Shown in pieces: positions 10,790-22,721 of a stretch of DNA of 64,000 nt. Both the position numbers and the translations under genes were made by a program. The stretch's first letter is position 1. Each line of letters begins with the position of its first letter. Origin of the DNA: Geosiphon pyriformis uo1. Taxonomy: Eukaryota > Fungi > Glomeromycota. Below the pieces are notes generated by a model. It made no database searches and was not told the DNA's origin. It worked only from the letters and a program-made list of their open reading frames with translations. Location: NCBI GenBank assembly GCA_016748015.1, contig JAAOMT010000200.1:432984-496983 (forward strand), given 5' to 3'.

Positions 10790-13620
10790 TTAAGTGTTCA
10801 AGTTAGAAGGTTGTTTAATAACAACTATTGGTTCTAAATTTCGGAGAATATTTTTGGGATTAATTAAAGAGGAATGTGTACCAATTTGTGGAATTAATAG
10901 TTCAGGATTGTTTCTGGAATTATAGTGTTTCAAATGAATTCCATGTGCAACTTTTGCTAGAATTTTGTCATCAAGTTTTAGCTTATATGATCTGTTGCCT
11001 AAAACTTCATGGATAAAGAATGATCCATCCCATTTATTTTCAAATTTTCCACTCCATTGTTTTTCGGCTTTAGTTCTGTGTAAGAGAACTTTGTTTCCAA
11101 TTTTAAAATCATTGATGACTGGAGGCAATTTGTCATCATACCATTTTTTTTGTTGAGCTTGGGAGTATTCAAAATAAGTGGCTGCTATTTGTCATTTTCC
11201 TTCCAATGTGCTAAGCAGAGTGTAGGCTCTTTGTTAAAGCATTTCTTGGAAATTGTTTTTATTAATTGGTTGTGCTGGGTATGTTTCCACTGTGAAACTA
11301 ATTGGTAATGTTGCTGTCCTTCCGTAAGTTAAATCAAATGGTGTGTGTTTTTGTGGTATCTTGTTTTAGTGTTCTATATGCTAGTAACACTGATGGAATA
11401 AAGAAATCCCATTCTTGCTCAAAATCAGTTGAAACTTTGGCTAATGATTCACACAATGTTCTGTTGAACCGTTTTACCAGTCCATTTGTTTGTGGATAGT
11501 AGGATGAAGATAATGGTCTCTTGACATTAAATCATCCACAAATTTTCTGGATTAAATTGTTCACAAAATGTGTTCCTTGATCAGATAAAAGTTCTATTGG
11601 GCATCCATGTCTACAAATGATGTCTTCGTAGATGAAGTTTGCTACTGACTTTGCATCTGCCTGTTGAATGGCTCTGGCTTTAGGCCATTTGGTGAGATAA
11701 TCTATGGCTACTGCAATGTAGCGGTTTTCTTGGTTTGTGATAGGTAGTGGTCCAACTAAATTGATACCAACTCTGTCAAAAGGCTGTCCAACTTTGATTG
11801 GATTTAAAAGTTCTGTAGGGCGAGTTCCTTCTCTTCTTTGACAACTATCACAAGATTCAACATATTCATGAATGGTTTTTCTTATTCGAGGCCAAAAGTA
11901 GTATTCTAGTGTTCTTTGGGTGGTGCTGTTTTTTCCGAAGTGGGCTGATGAAGGATCTGAATGCATGTTGTATAATATAGTCTCTTTTTCCTGTTCTTGT
12001 ATTAATCTGAGTGGTTTGTCTGGGTTTTTGAAATTTTGGTAATAAATAATGTTGTTGTGTAGAAAATATTGTTTGGCTTGTTGTTGTAGTTGATGTTTTT
12101 CATTTGGAGACCAATCTGTTGGGATTGTTAATGTTTCCAAATATTGTTTGAGATCATTGTAGTTTTCCAAATTCATTGTTTGTTGGCTCTTTTGGTTGGT
12201 TAAGTTGAGTGTTGGTTTTTGTGTTTTTCTAATCTTGTCTTATTCTGAAGAGACAGTCAACATTGGTGTGGAGTTTTCCTTGTTTGTGATGTACTATGTA
12301 TCGATAGTTTGCTAGAAATTCTGTCCATTGGGTTTGTTTTGCATTCAGCTGAGTATTTTTGTTCTGAAGCCATTTGAGTCCAATATTATCAGCGATAATA
12401 TCAAATTTTTTAGGCCTGAGATAAAGGTTGAAGTGGTGTAGGGCCCAAATTACGGCTGCTGTTTCTAGTTCTGTGGCAGGGTAGTTTTTCTCAACTGGTT
12501 TTAATGTTCTGTTAGCATAAGCAATTACTCGCTCATTTCCGTTGTCATTTAGTTGTGATAAAATAGCACCAAAGGCAGTATATGAAGCATCTGTAGCTAG
12601 TCAAAATTGGTTGCTGAAATCCGGGTAGGCAAGAATTGGAGCTGTTGTCAGTTTTTCCTTAAGAATTTCAAAAGCTTTTTGGTGTTTAGTAGTCCATTTG
12701 TATTCAACATTTTTGGTGGTGAGCTGGTTGAAGGGTTTTGCAATTTCCGAAAATCTTTTGATAAACTTCTGATAATAGGATGCTAATCCTATGAATCCTC
12801 TTAGTTCTGTAGTGTTTTGAAGAGTTTTGAAGTTTTTGACAATGCTGATTTTTCCAGGATCTAGTTTAATTCCATCTTTACTAACAATATGACCAAGGAA
12901 TACCAGGCTTGTTTTTCCAAAGTAGCATTTTTCGATATTGAGTTTTAGTCCTGTTTTTTGTAATTATTGAAAAACTTCTCACAGATGTTTTAAGTGTAAT
13001 TTGAATGATGGAAAATAAACATCAGTATCGTCAAGATAAATGACTACTGATTTCCAAAGAAGTTCTTAGTACACAACATCCATTAATCTCTGAAACGTTG
13101 CTGGTACATTGTATAATCCAAAAGGCATTATATTGAACTTGTAATTTCCGCCTTGGGTGGTAAATGCTGTTTTGGGGCAATCTTTGGGATCCATAGCAAC
13201 TTGCCAGTAACCACTTTCTAAATCTAGTGTTGAAAAGTATTTGGATTTTCCAAGGGCATCTAACATGTCATCAATCCAGGGAAGGGGATAGGTGTCTCTA
13301 ATTGTAACACTGTTGAGTTGTTGATAGTCAACACAAAATCGGATCTTTCCATTTTTCTTTTTAACTAGCACTACAGGTAAAGTCCAAGGACTCATGGAGG
13401 GTTAGATGAGCCTATTGTTAAGCATTCATTGTATTTTTTCTTGGATGAATTAGTGGCTTTCTGGAGCAACTCAATATGCTTGTTGTCTTCTTGGTTTGGC
13501 ATCTCCTGTATAAATTTGGTGTTGGACCAAATTGGTTCTTCCTAAGTCATTGTTGTTTTCAGTGAAGATATTGGCAAATTCTGCAATTAGTTCTTTGAGC
13601 TAGATCTGTTGTTGTGGTTC
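10790..13620 (-). pseudogene. pol of element B: RT (YLDD), RNase H, integrase
   Basis: ORFs 13066-13395, 11532-12176, 10790-11128 with canonical Ty3/Gypsy motifs. Confidence 0.95.
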
Positions 13621-14059
13621 AAGTTGTCCCATGTTGATTTGAGATAGTTTTTTTATAACAACATGATAGTTTTTGGAGCTGGGATTTGAGTTGATTTTTG
13701 GTATTAAATGTCCAATAATTTCAGAGAAATCAGGGACTGTTTGGGGTAATTCTTGTTGAAATATATTATTGTAAATAACTCCAATTTCTAAATTATTTAA
13801 TAAAATTATGGGGTAATTATTGGGTTTGTAAAAAATAACTTGGACTTTCTTTGTTCCTTCTGGAATATAAATGTTTGGGATCGAAATATTATGTTTCAAG
13901 CAGATTTGTTCATTGGACTCAAAAATTTGTTGTGTGGTTGTTGGCTTTGGGCAGGTGTAGATTTCTGGATGTTCTCCAAAGAGTGAGATGGTAATTGGTT
14001 GTGGAAGTCTGAGAATCTGGTGGGATTCGTTTCATATATTAAAAGCTATGTTAACTGGA

Positions 14060-14500
14060 ACTGTGAATCGTCCAGTTGAACCGAAACCTTGAGTTCCTCT
14101 ATCGCTTTTTCCTAATTGTTCTCTTTGATTGACTAGTTGTAAACCCGAAATGTTAATTAAGGGTAAGTAAATAGCTTGGGCAATTTTTTCAGCATGTTCG
14201 ATCTTGAATGGTTTGTCAGTTTCATTTTGAAGCATCACTGTAATGTCTCCAGTATATCTAGCATTAATTATTCCTCCTCTGACATTGATTCCTTTGCTTG
14301 CCAGAGAGGACTGAGAGGTGATTTGAACCATTGCTCCTGGCGGGATTTTGAGTGCAATTTTGAGGTTGATTTTTGTGAGAGATTTGGGTTTGAGAACAAG
14401 AGTATCCTTGCCTGGATATCTTAGGTCATATCCAGCATCAATTTCGTGTGCTTTTTTGGGTTTTATTCCTTGTCTGTTGTTGTTGAAGTATTTAAGTTGT
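14060..14500 (-). pseudogene. dUTPase domain of element B (best preserved, open frame)
   Basis: ORF 14032-14880: DAGYDL, QSSL, GGIINARYTG, EKIAQAI, RGTQGFGSTG give all five trimeric dUTPase motifs with a few substitutions. Confidence 0.93.
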
Positions 14501-15479
14501 AAGGCAGGCTGATTTTTGATAAGGTAGATAGGTGTTGTTTCAATTTCTTCTGTTGCTTTAAGTTCTCCAAATTCAATTTTGTTCTCATCATTTTTGCTGG
14601 ACAAGGGGATACTAAGAGCATAGCATTCTAGACACCACTGTTCATTGCAAGGCATAATGTATTCTTCACATAGCCTAATGTTCATTTGCTCTAATCGTTG
14701 AATTTGAGCTTCTTGAGTTGAGTAGGTGTGACTTGCAATTTGGTGGTAGACTTCTACTTCGTCTTCGTAATTGAATCCAGCTAATTCCATGGTATATTCA
14801 ATGTATTCTGCTTCCTTCATTTGGCAAACATCTTCTTTGGTAGCTCTATTAATTAATGCCATTACTAGGTCAAAAATCATCTCAGCATTATGGGAGTAGT
14901 GATAAAGTTTGTTGAAAGCACTGTTGTATGCTGTATTAAAGGGTGTTCCTCTTTTTACTTTTTCTGAAATTGATAAAGCATATTAGCAGGTCTGATTGCA
15001 GACTCCTCCTCTCATGGCTACATCAATCCAATTGCATTCTTCCGGTAGTATATCTCCACAAGTCAAACAAGGGGTGTTGTCCTATTTTCCGCTCTTTTTT
15101 ATTAGATGGTCCCATCATTCTCTGTGGCAAGCCTTACAGTAATAACAAGTATGATTTTCATATTCTTCTTCGAGTGAAATGCAGGCTCCCATTGACGATA
15201 GTTTCTTGTGGCAGTTTTTACATTTAAGAGGAATATAGAGGCATTGTTTTCTTGGTTCAGGTTTTGAGTAAGGGATATTCCATCCAGAGGTTTCGGGTTC
15301 AGAGTGTGAGGTAAAATGTTCTTGTTCTGTTTCATCGGCCCAGTTGGACGTTGATCCAAGAGCCATAAATGTTTCAATAAGGGGTTTTTCCTCTTCCGGT
15401 TCGAATTCAAAAGCTGGGGCTTTTTCAGAGCGTTTGTTGAATGTACCACAAGTGGCGGGTATCCGGGCATGTTGTCCTT

Positions 15480-15850
15480 GGTAGGAGATTTTTAACTCTT
15501 GTGTTTCTCAATTCAGATTAGCATTGGCTTTTTGAAGCCAATCATTTCTGACGAAAGCTTAGTACTGAGGTGCGTTCATTATAAGAACTTTGACTGGAAT
15601 GGTGATTCCATCAAGAGTAAATGGAAAATCGTCAATTTCTCCTACTGGGGTCTTTTTCATGCCATCAGCAGTGATGATTACTGTTTGAGCTGGTCAGTCG
15701 ACATTTCTTTTCAACTGTTGCATTAACTGGTAGGTGATAATGCTTCTGGCAGATCCATTGTCTAGGATCAAGCGAATTGTCTTTCTTTTGACTTCTGCTT
15801 CAGTGTACATAACTGTGATTGCTTTTTGTTCATTGGCAGCTGCATTGCTA
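15480..15850 (-). pseudogene. Aspartic protease of element B
   Basis: IRLILDNGSARSIIT (DSG-type motif). Confidence 0.85.
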
Positions 15851-15899
15851 AGCAGGAATGATAACTCATTTACTTCAAACTCAAAAGGGAATATATCTG

Positions 15900-17837
15900 A
15901 AAGATTAGCATTTTCAGCAATTCTGGCTGGTGGGATTGTGGTAAGAGTATAGGAAGGGTTTTGTTGTTGTGCTGCAGCTCTACCTTCCAATAGTGCAGTA
16001 TGATAAAAATCCTGTTCTTCTGGCATTGTTAAATAACTGGGTTGAGTGTGGTAGTGGTTGGGTCTTGGTTGAGTGATATTTCGGAGAACCAATTGGTTGT
16101 TTGAACTGATTCTATTGTTGTTTACTTGGTATTGGTTTTGTGGTGTGAATTGATTTTGTGTAATCAGTCTTCGAGCAGGTACTTGATAATGTTGTGTGGG
16201 TGGTTGTTGGTATTGCTGTTGGATTGGCTATGGGGCTGGCTGATAATAGTTATTTTGGTATTGGGTCTTGGTGGATAGTAAGCTGGTGGTGGTAATTGAT
16301 AATAAGATTGCTGTGATAGAGGGTAATGTTGATTACTCCTATTTTGTTGGTCTCATTGTAGCTTTCTGCAATCTCTTTTCCAGTGGCCAGAGATTCCACA
16401 GTAATGGCAATTCTGAGGCTGGTTATTGAAAAGTGGTGCAAAGTTATTTTGATTTTGTCTTTGGGGTGGTTGATATCTTTGGGGTTGCTGTTGTTGTTGA
16501 TTGGTGTAATAGTTTTCAACCTTCTTTGTGAGTTGGTCAATTTTTTCCTCAGCTGCTGAGCTGGTTTCTCCAATTGCCAAATTTACAAGTTTTGTGCGGT
16601 TGGCCTTTTCTATGGCCATTTTGTATCTTTTCGCATGCTGTATGGCAAAGTTTAAATCTTCTGGCACATATGGGCGAACCTTTTTAATTAGTTTATCTTT
16701 TAGACCAGTGATAAATTGATCCAAGATTTGAGCATTGAAATAATAATTGTTTTTTTCGAGTTGGCAAATTTGTTTGAGAAGTTTGTTGAATTTCTCAATA
16801 TAAGTCATAACAGATTCAGAGGGTTCTTGTTTGATATTTTGAAAACAATTGCGAAGAGTAATGGAGGTGTTATTGTCAGTGAACTGTTCAAAGAAGGCTG
16901 CTTTGAAAGCATTCTAATCATTGAATGGGGTGGCAAGATTTTTAAACCATTCTCCTGCTGTTCCTTTGAGAAAGTAAAGAATTGTTCTTAACATTCTGGC
17001 AGCATTCCATTCATTTGCATCTCCAGCTTTAATAACTTGGTTGAGCCATTCTTGGGGACTGGTCTCAATGTCTTCTCTATTAAATTCAGGGATTTTTGCA
17101 ATGTATGTTGTTATTTCGTTTTCTTCATTTTTACTGTCTATTAATTTTTCTTTAGATATTTCAGGTTCATTTTCTTCATTCGCTGCTGTCTCAGAGTGTT
17201 CACTTTGGTTTTTAGCTAGAAAGTCAAGGAGATTGGAACTAGTTTGAAGGGGTTCTTGTTGTCTGGTAAAATTTCTGAGTGATGTAAAATCTTCTGGTCT
17301 TACAAATCGATTCAAGAGTGAATTAGGTGTTTGTGCTTGTGCAAGTGAAGCTGGAAAAGGTGTGATAGTAAGTGGAAGTTTTGAACTGGTTCCTTGTTCA
17401 GATGTTTGTAAATGTTTGAATGATATTTTGGAAGTATTGGGTGTTGTGTGAACAGGTCGGTTATCTTTTTGTCTTTTGTTGCTACTGGTTTTAGGTTCAG
17501 ATTCGAGTTCAAAGGCAAATTGTGCATTTGCAAGATATTTTTCTTCACAGAATTGAATGATATTATAATTGAGTTCCTCAAAATAAGTAGTGCAAGCTTC
17601 AGCACTAATGTTTTTTGATTCAGTGTTGGAATAGTGTAGTATGTTCTCAAGAAGATCTCTTTTAACTGTTGTAATGTTATAGTTTCCAAAGAGATAGTTG
17701 TTGATTCGATTTTCGATGTATTGAAAAAGTGTTTTCTTGAAAGCTATGATTCCGTCATGTATTTTAAATCATTGTTTGCAGTGTGTATAAATTGATTGAT
17801 AGTACTCTAAGGTTGTAATGTCTGAGGCGGTCGCCAC
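15900..17837 (-). pseudogene. gag of element B (long N-terminal domain, capsid, CCHC knuckle, Q/P/Y-rich tail)
   Basis: IAKIPEF..PQEWL, QILDQFITGL, CHYCGISGHWKRDC. Confidence 0.88.
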
Positions 17838-17862
17838 TTTGAATTTGTTGTTGCTGTGTTAT

Positions 17863-17880
17863 TTCTGTGAAAAAGCACCA
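17863..17880 (-). other. Primer-binding site of B (TGGTGCTTTTTCACAG), different from the other elements
   Basis: TGG starts 2 nt inside the 5' LTR end. Confidence 0.75.
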
Positions 17881-17882
17881 AA

Positions 17883-18860
17883 TGTTACTGGAGGTTTTTG
17901 GTCTCTTTTTTTAAATGTTGTTGATGCTTGTTTGCTGTGAATTCACGTTTTCTGGATGTGATTGAACCTCCAATAACTGAATTTATCTTCAAAATATTTT
18001 CTATAATTTGAATTGCTGGGCTTATAAGTAGAATGGCCAATTCTGTGCCAGTTACTTTATGTAGTTACGTTGTAGTAAATGTCAACTCTTTCCCAGGAAT
18101 TGCTCATCTGGAAGCTCACTAAAATGTATAGTTACTTTGCTATGAAAGTCAACTTTTCTACAGAAATCTTGTCTGTAGGCTACTCTAATGATTGTAAAAA
18201 TAAAAAAAAATAAAAAGAAAAGAAATGCAAAAGAAATAGAATTCTGTCAAGGGAAACGTTTTCTATCCAGGCCTAGAGTCACTAACAGTTTACTGAAATT
18301 GGTAGCTAATCAATTTCGAAATGTTAGTTGGGTTTTGGGGATTTTCCAAGTGCAATAATTAAAGAATTTAGTTTTTTGAATTATTTGATATTTATTTCTT
18401 TCTGTGTGTATAGAAATGGTTCTAAGTAATAAATCTAAAGTAAGATACATTTTCTCAAAGAGAGAAGCTCTTCTTTTATACAACTTGTCGTAACACTATT
18501 CTATAAACTTGAACTTTGTTATTTTCTACAATTTCGCTAAACTAAAAATACATTTTGGCAAACTACAAGTTATTTCTGCGAACTATTAGATATTTCAGTG
18601 AACTATCAATTATTTCAGCAAATTTCTATAAATTTTGGCGAACTTTTGAATGTTACATAGTTCGGGATATTGCATGATTGATCATCACAATTAGGTTACA
18701 TTTGTGTTGTGTACAATTTGGGTTATTAATTAAATGATAATTTCGGACATTTTTGCTAATGTAATAAGTGATAATTTGAAATAATAATATATACCAATTA
18801 ATGATAGGAATTATAAGATAATTTTATGCTAAATAATATCTCTAATTTTGTCTGGTAACA
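17883..18860 (-). repeat. 5' LTR of element B
   Basis: TGTTAC...GTAACA; pair of 9014-9991. Confidence 0.96.
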
Positions 18861-18864
18861 GCAT

Positions 18865-21829
18865 TGATGGTGGCTTTCCAGATAGGTTCTTCTCTTTGTT
18901 TCTCCTTTCTGTTGTCATTGTTGTCCCAGACAAGTATTGGTGGCAGTTCGTTGTGGTCGACATTGGCCCATGAGACTTGGTATGTTTCTCAGGTGGGTTT
19001 TACTTTTTTTTCCTTGAATTCAATAAGTGGTGTTGATGGCATGGTGATGGGCTTGAAGTGGCCACACATGGCTAGTACCCATGTGTGTCAACCATTCTGG
19101 TTAAGCTGGAGCTCTTGGGTGTTCCAATCTAGGGTTGCATTGGTTTTGAACAGCCAGTCATTCCCAACGAATGCTTGGTATTGAGTGGCTTCCATGATGA
19201 GTACTTTGATTGGTACTATGATGTCATTGACTTTTATAGAGAAATCATTAATCTCTCCAATGGGTGTTTTGGTCGTTTCATTGGCTGTAATAATCCTGGT
19301 GCTGGCAGTGTAATCAACTCAATGACTTAATTGATCCATGAGTTGTCTTGTGATGATGTTACTAGCTGATCCACTATCTAGAATCAGTTTGATGGAGTGA
19401 CTATCAATTTTCACATCAGTGTACATCACAGTGATGAGTTTTTCCTCAAGTGCTGTTTCACTGAACAAAGATAAGTTAATGGTTTCCTCCAATTTGAAAG
19501 AAAAAATGGCTGTGAAAGATTCATTTTTGGTAACTGTTGCTGGTGAAATATTGTTGATGAGTGTTGTTTGGAGTGGGTTGAATTCCGAGTTGTTGGTGGT
19601 GGCATCTTCTGAGGTAACCAGAAAACTTAAATAGTTCTGAGAATTTGGGTTTTGGGTGGAACCAGTACCCAGATTCTGCTGTCAAGAGCCTGGTAGTTAG
19701 TGAAAGGAGCTGGAGATCAGTTGATGAACAACTATCACCAATCTCCAGTTTTGAGTGATTTTAGATCTTGGGTTTCCTAATGTCATTTGAGTGGGGTTTT
19801 GGAGTGGTGTTTGAATTGGTTGTTGGGGATAAATTATTTGGGGCTGTGGCTGATAAATTACCAGTGGCTGCAGTTGATAAATTAGAGGTTGATATACTGG
19901 TGGTTGATAGATTGATTGCTGCATTAATGGCAGGTAAATGGTTTGATATTGGTCTTGATTTGGATAGTAATTCTAAGTCTAAAATCTGCAATTAGGGTTT
20001 TGATATTGATTTCCTGATCATGAATTGTTGCTATAAAATTGACAGTTGGCTCTAATGTGACCTTGTTTACCACAGTTGTGGCAAACATGCATTTTTGGCT
20101 GCCATGGCTGATTGAATAATGATGATGACAATAATGTTGATAGATGCAGTTGATTTTGGAAATGATTTGTGTTTCCTGAATTATTGCATCATTGTGGTGA
20201 TTAATAGATTGCACAATTGTTAACTAAGTATCCCTCTAGTTTCTGATTGATTGTATCACTGAATTGTTTTAATTTAGAATTCAAGTCAGATGATCTATTC
20301 ATCACTAAATTTACAGCTTGGGCATGGTTGGCTTCTAGCTCAGCTGCTTCAAAATTCCTGGCGTGGGTAATAGTGGTTGAGAGGTCAACTGGATGCATTA
20401 GATGTACTTACTGAAGGATGTTACTGTGCAATCTTCTAATGAACTGGTTCAAGATCTGTGGTACTGTAAAGTAATCAGCTTGGATTGCCTGAATTTGGTA
20501 CAGATTTTTATGGAAGTGTCCCAAGTAAGTGGTGACTGCTTCTGTGTTCCTTTGTTTGATGGTAGTGAATGTATTGGTCAAGCAATTGATATTATTGTTA
20601 TTACTAAAGTATCTCAAGAATTCTGTTTTGAACTTATTGAAGGTTTGTGGTTTGGTGGCTAGGCTCTGATACCACAAGTTGGTAGTATCTTTGAGAAAAT
20701 AAGGGATTGCTTGAAGGGCTCTACTGTCATTCTATTCATTGGCCACTATGGCTTTTTCAACATTGTTGAGCCATATTTGGGTGTCATCTTCTTCACCAGT
20801 AAAATTGTCAAGTTTTGCAATTGATGTGTAGACCATTGGATCTAAGTTGAGTTGTTGTGGTGGTAGTTGAAGTGGTTGTTGTTGTACAGGTTATTGGGGT
20901 GGTAGTTAAAGTGGTAGTTGTAGAGATTCGGCTATTGAATTAATCAGTAGTTGATTAATGACAATTACTAAAGGTAAGTTTTGTTGATTTATTAAATCAG
21001 GGTTTTAATTATCTTGAGTTGGCAGTGTCTAAATATTCAGAGTTTTGATTTCCAGATTTTCTGGGTTTAAATTTTGCTGGGTTTGAAGATTCAGGGTTTC
21101 AAATTCCAGGTTTTCAGCAATCGGGTTCTGGTAAGTGAATTTTTGATCTTCAGCTTCTTCTTTTTCCTCTTCTTCTGATTCTGTTACTTCTCACAGATCA
21201 GAAATTCCAAAATCTGGGGGAAATAATGGCGATCAGAGTCCTGATGGCATTGATAATTGCAAGTTAAATCCTTTAAAATACACACTATATGGTCTTAATA
21301 ACTCTGCTTTCCTTTGTTTACTTTGGAATAGGAATCGTCCAAATATTAATGTCATGTTTGATGTGGCCACGCCAGTAAATGTAATATTAATAGCACTTCT
21401 GGGTGTATAATGGTATGATGGATTAGTTGAGGACTCAACTCTTGTTTTCTTTCAAGTAGGTGGTTGTATTCTTTTGGGTATTACTGCTGGTGTTTGCAGT
21501 TTTTTTTTGTCTTTGCTCGCATAAGTAATGGAATATCTTTGCTGTGTGTGATGTTCAATTTCTTTGTTGATTTTCATAATAATGGAGGCGAAATTGTGAT
21601 TTGTTGGCAGGTTAGTATTTTGAATTAATTCACTGTAAAAGGCTTTTCTTGCCGATTCGATATTTACTGGTGTTCTTAACAAATGGGCAATTTTTTCATT
21701 AATGTAGAAATTGAAAGCTAATTCTACTAATATGTGGTTGTGATTTAATTTCAAATGTTGACAGTAGTGTTGAAATAAGGATTTCGTGAATCTTAGATGG
21801 TTTGTTCCTATGTTTTCTGATTCTGCCAC
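18865..21829 (-). pseudogene. gag-protease of element A
   Basis: KLDNFTGEEDD..WLN, QILNQFIRRL, CHNCGKQGHIRANC, LILDSGS. Confidence 0.9.
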
Positions 21830-21869
21830 TTTTAGATTTATGTTGATGTTGGTTCTCTGTAGGATTATA

Positions 21870-21886
21870 CTTCACAGGGAGCACCA
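21870..21886 (-). other. Primer-binding site of A (TGGTGCTCCCTGTGA), probably tRNA-Ile(UAU)
   Basis: 2 nt from the LTR; complement CACAGGGAGCACCA resembles eukaryotic tRNA-Ile(UAU) 3' ends; shared with C, E, F. Confidence 0.75.
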
Positions 21887-21888
21887 AA

Positions 21889-22721
21889 TATTACAGGTGA
21901 CTAATTCTGGTGTTGGATTAAATAACAAACCCATAATTTGGTGCTCAAATCTAGTTGCAGTTGATAGTGATCTGAAGGTTTGTGTCTAAAAGGTTTGTAT
22001 TCAAAGGATTTGGTTGAGTTCTTTGTATAATGAACAAAAATTCAATGGTAATAGTTTTATCTTTAGCTTCCCAAAACTACAGTTTCATCAATTTTTTTTT
22101 CAGCTTAATGGCTGGTATTCCTCCCAGTAAGCTATTTTCAATCGAGTGTTCTATCCTTATTTCTGGGTCTTTTACCAGTTACATTTATCCTGATGTCAGT
22201 ACCCTGTGCATTAATCCTCAATAGAATTAGTAAACAACAATAAAATCAAAGCAAAAAATAAAAAAATAAAAAGAAAATAAAGAAAGAAAAGAAATAAGCC
22301 AAGGTAATTTACAAGTTAGTATTCCATCAATAGCCATGATTAAAAGCTATTGTTCCAGTGTGGTTAAGTATCAATTACTATCAACACTTCATGTTGATAG
22401 TGGCAGTGGATTTAAGATAACAAACAGGTATTTATTTGTGGTTTGGAAAGTTGTTCAGATAAAATCTAAACTGAAAGGTCTGTCTTTTTAGCTTCTAATC
22501 CTATTGCTATATATACATAATTGAGATTCCTCAATTCCTCAATTCTTTACAACAGGAATCCTGCAATTCCTTTGAAAGGAATCCTAGAATTCTGGAATCC
22601 TGCAGTTTCTTGTAAGAATCCTCTAATTTCTGGAATCCTGGAATTCCACATTTTACTATGTTTACTTCTGATTGGTTAATAACTATACTAATATATATTC
22701 TCTATATTTCTATGAGTAACA
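21889..22721 (-). repeat. 5' LTR of element A
   Basis: Pair of 2700-3553. Confidence 0.95.

Larger units (their letters stand above)
9014..18860 (-). mobile_element. Element B, full-length Ty3/Gypsy LTR retrotransposon nested in A
   Basis: Two 978-bp LTRs; TSD GTGT (9010-9013) and GCAT (18861-18864) from ancestral GCGT; host frame KATINA|WTDNN restored on removal. Confidence 0.96.
2700..22721 (-). mobile_element. Element A, full-length Ty3/Gypsy LTR retrotransposon (about 10.2 kb without B), inserted in C
   Basis: Paired LTRs, TSD ATGT at 2696-2699 and 22722-22725, PBS, PPT, order gag-PR-Cys-dUTPase-RT-RH-IN-ORF3. Confidence 0.95.

Noticed and set aside
19761-19991. Ser/Thr-rich overlapping ORF in gag
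   Set aside because: Alternative frame of the repetitive YQPP-coding tract; no independent evidence
21870-21886. tRNA-like 3' end as a tRNA gene
   Set aside because: Only about 17 nt, adjacent to the LTR; it is a PBS
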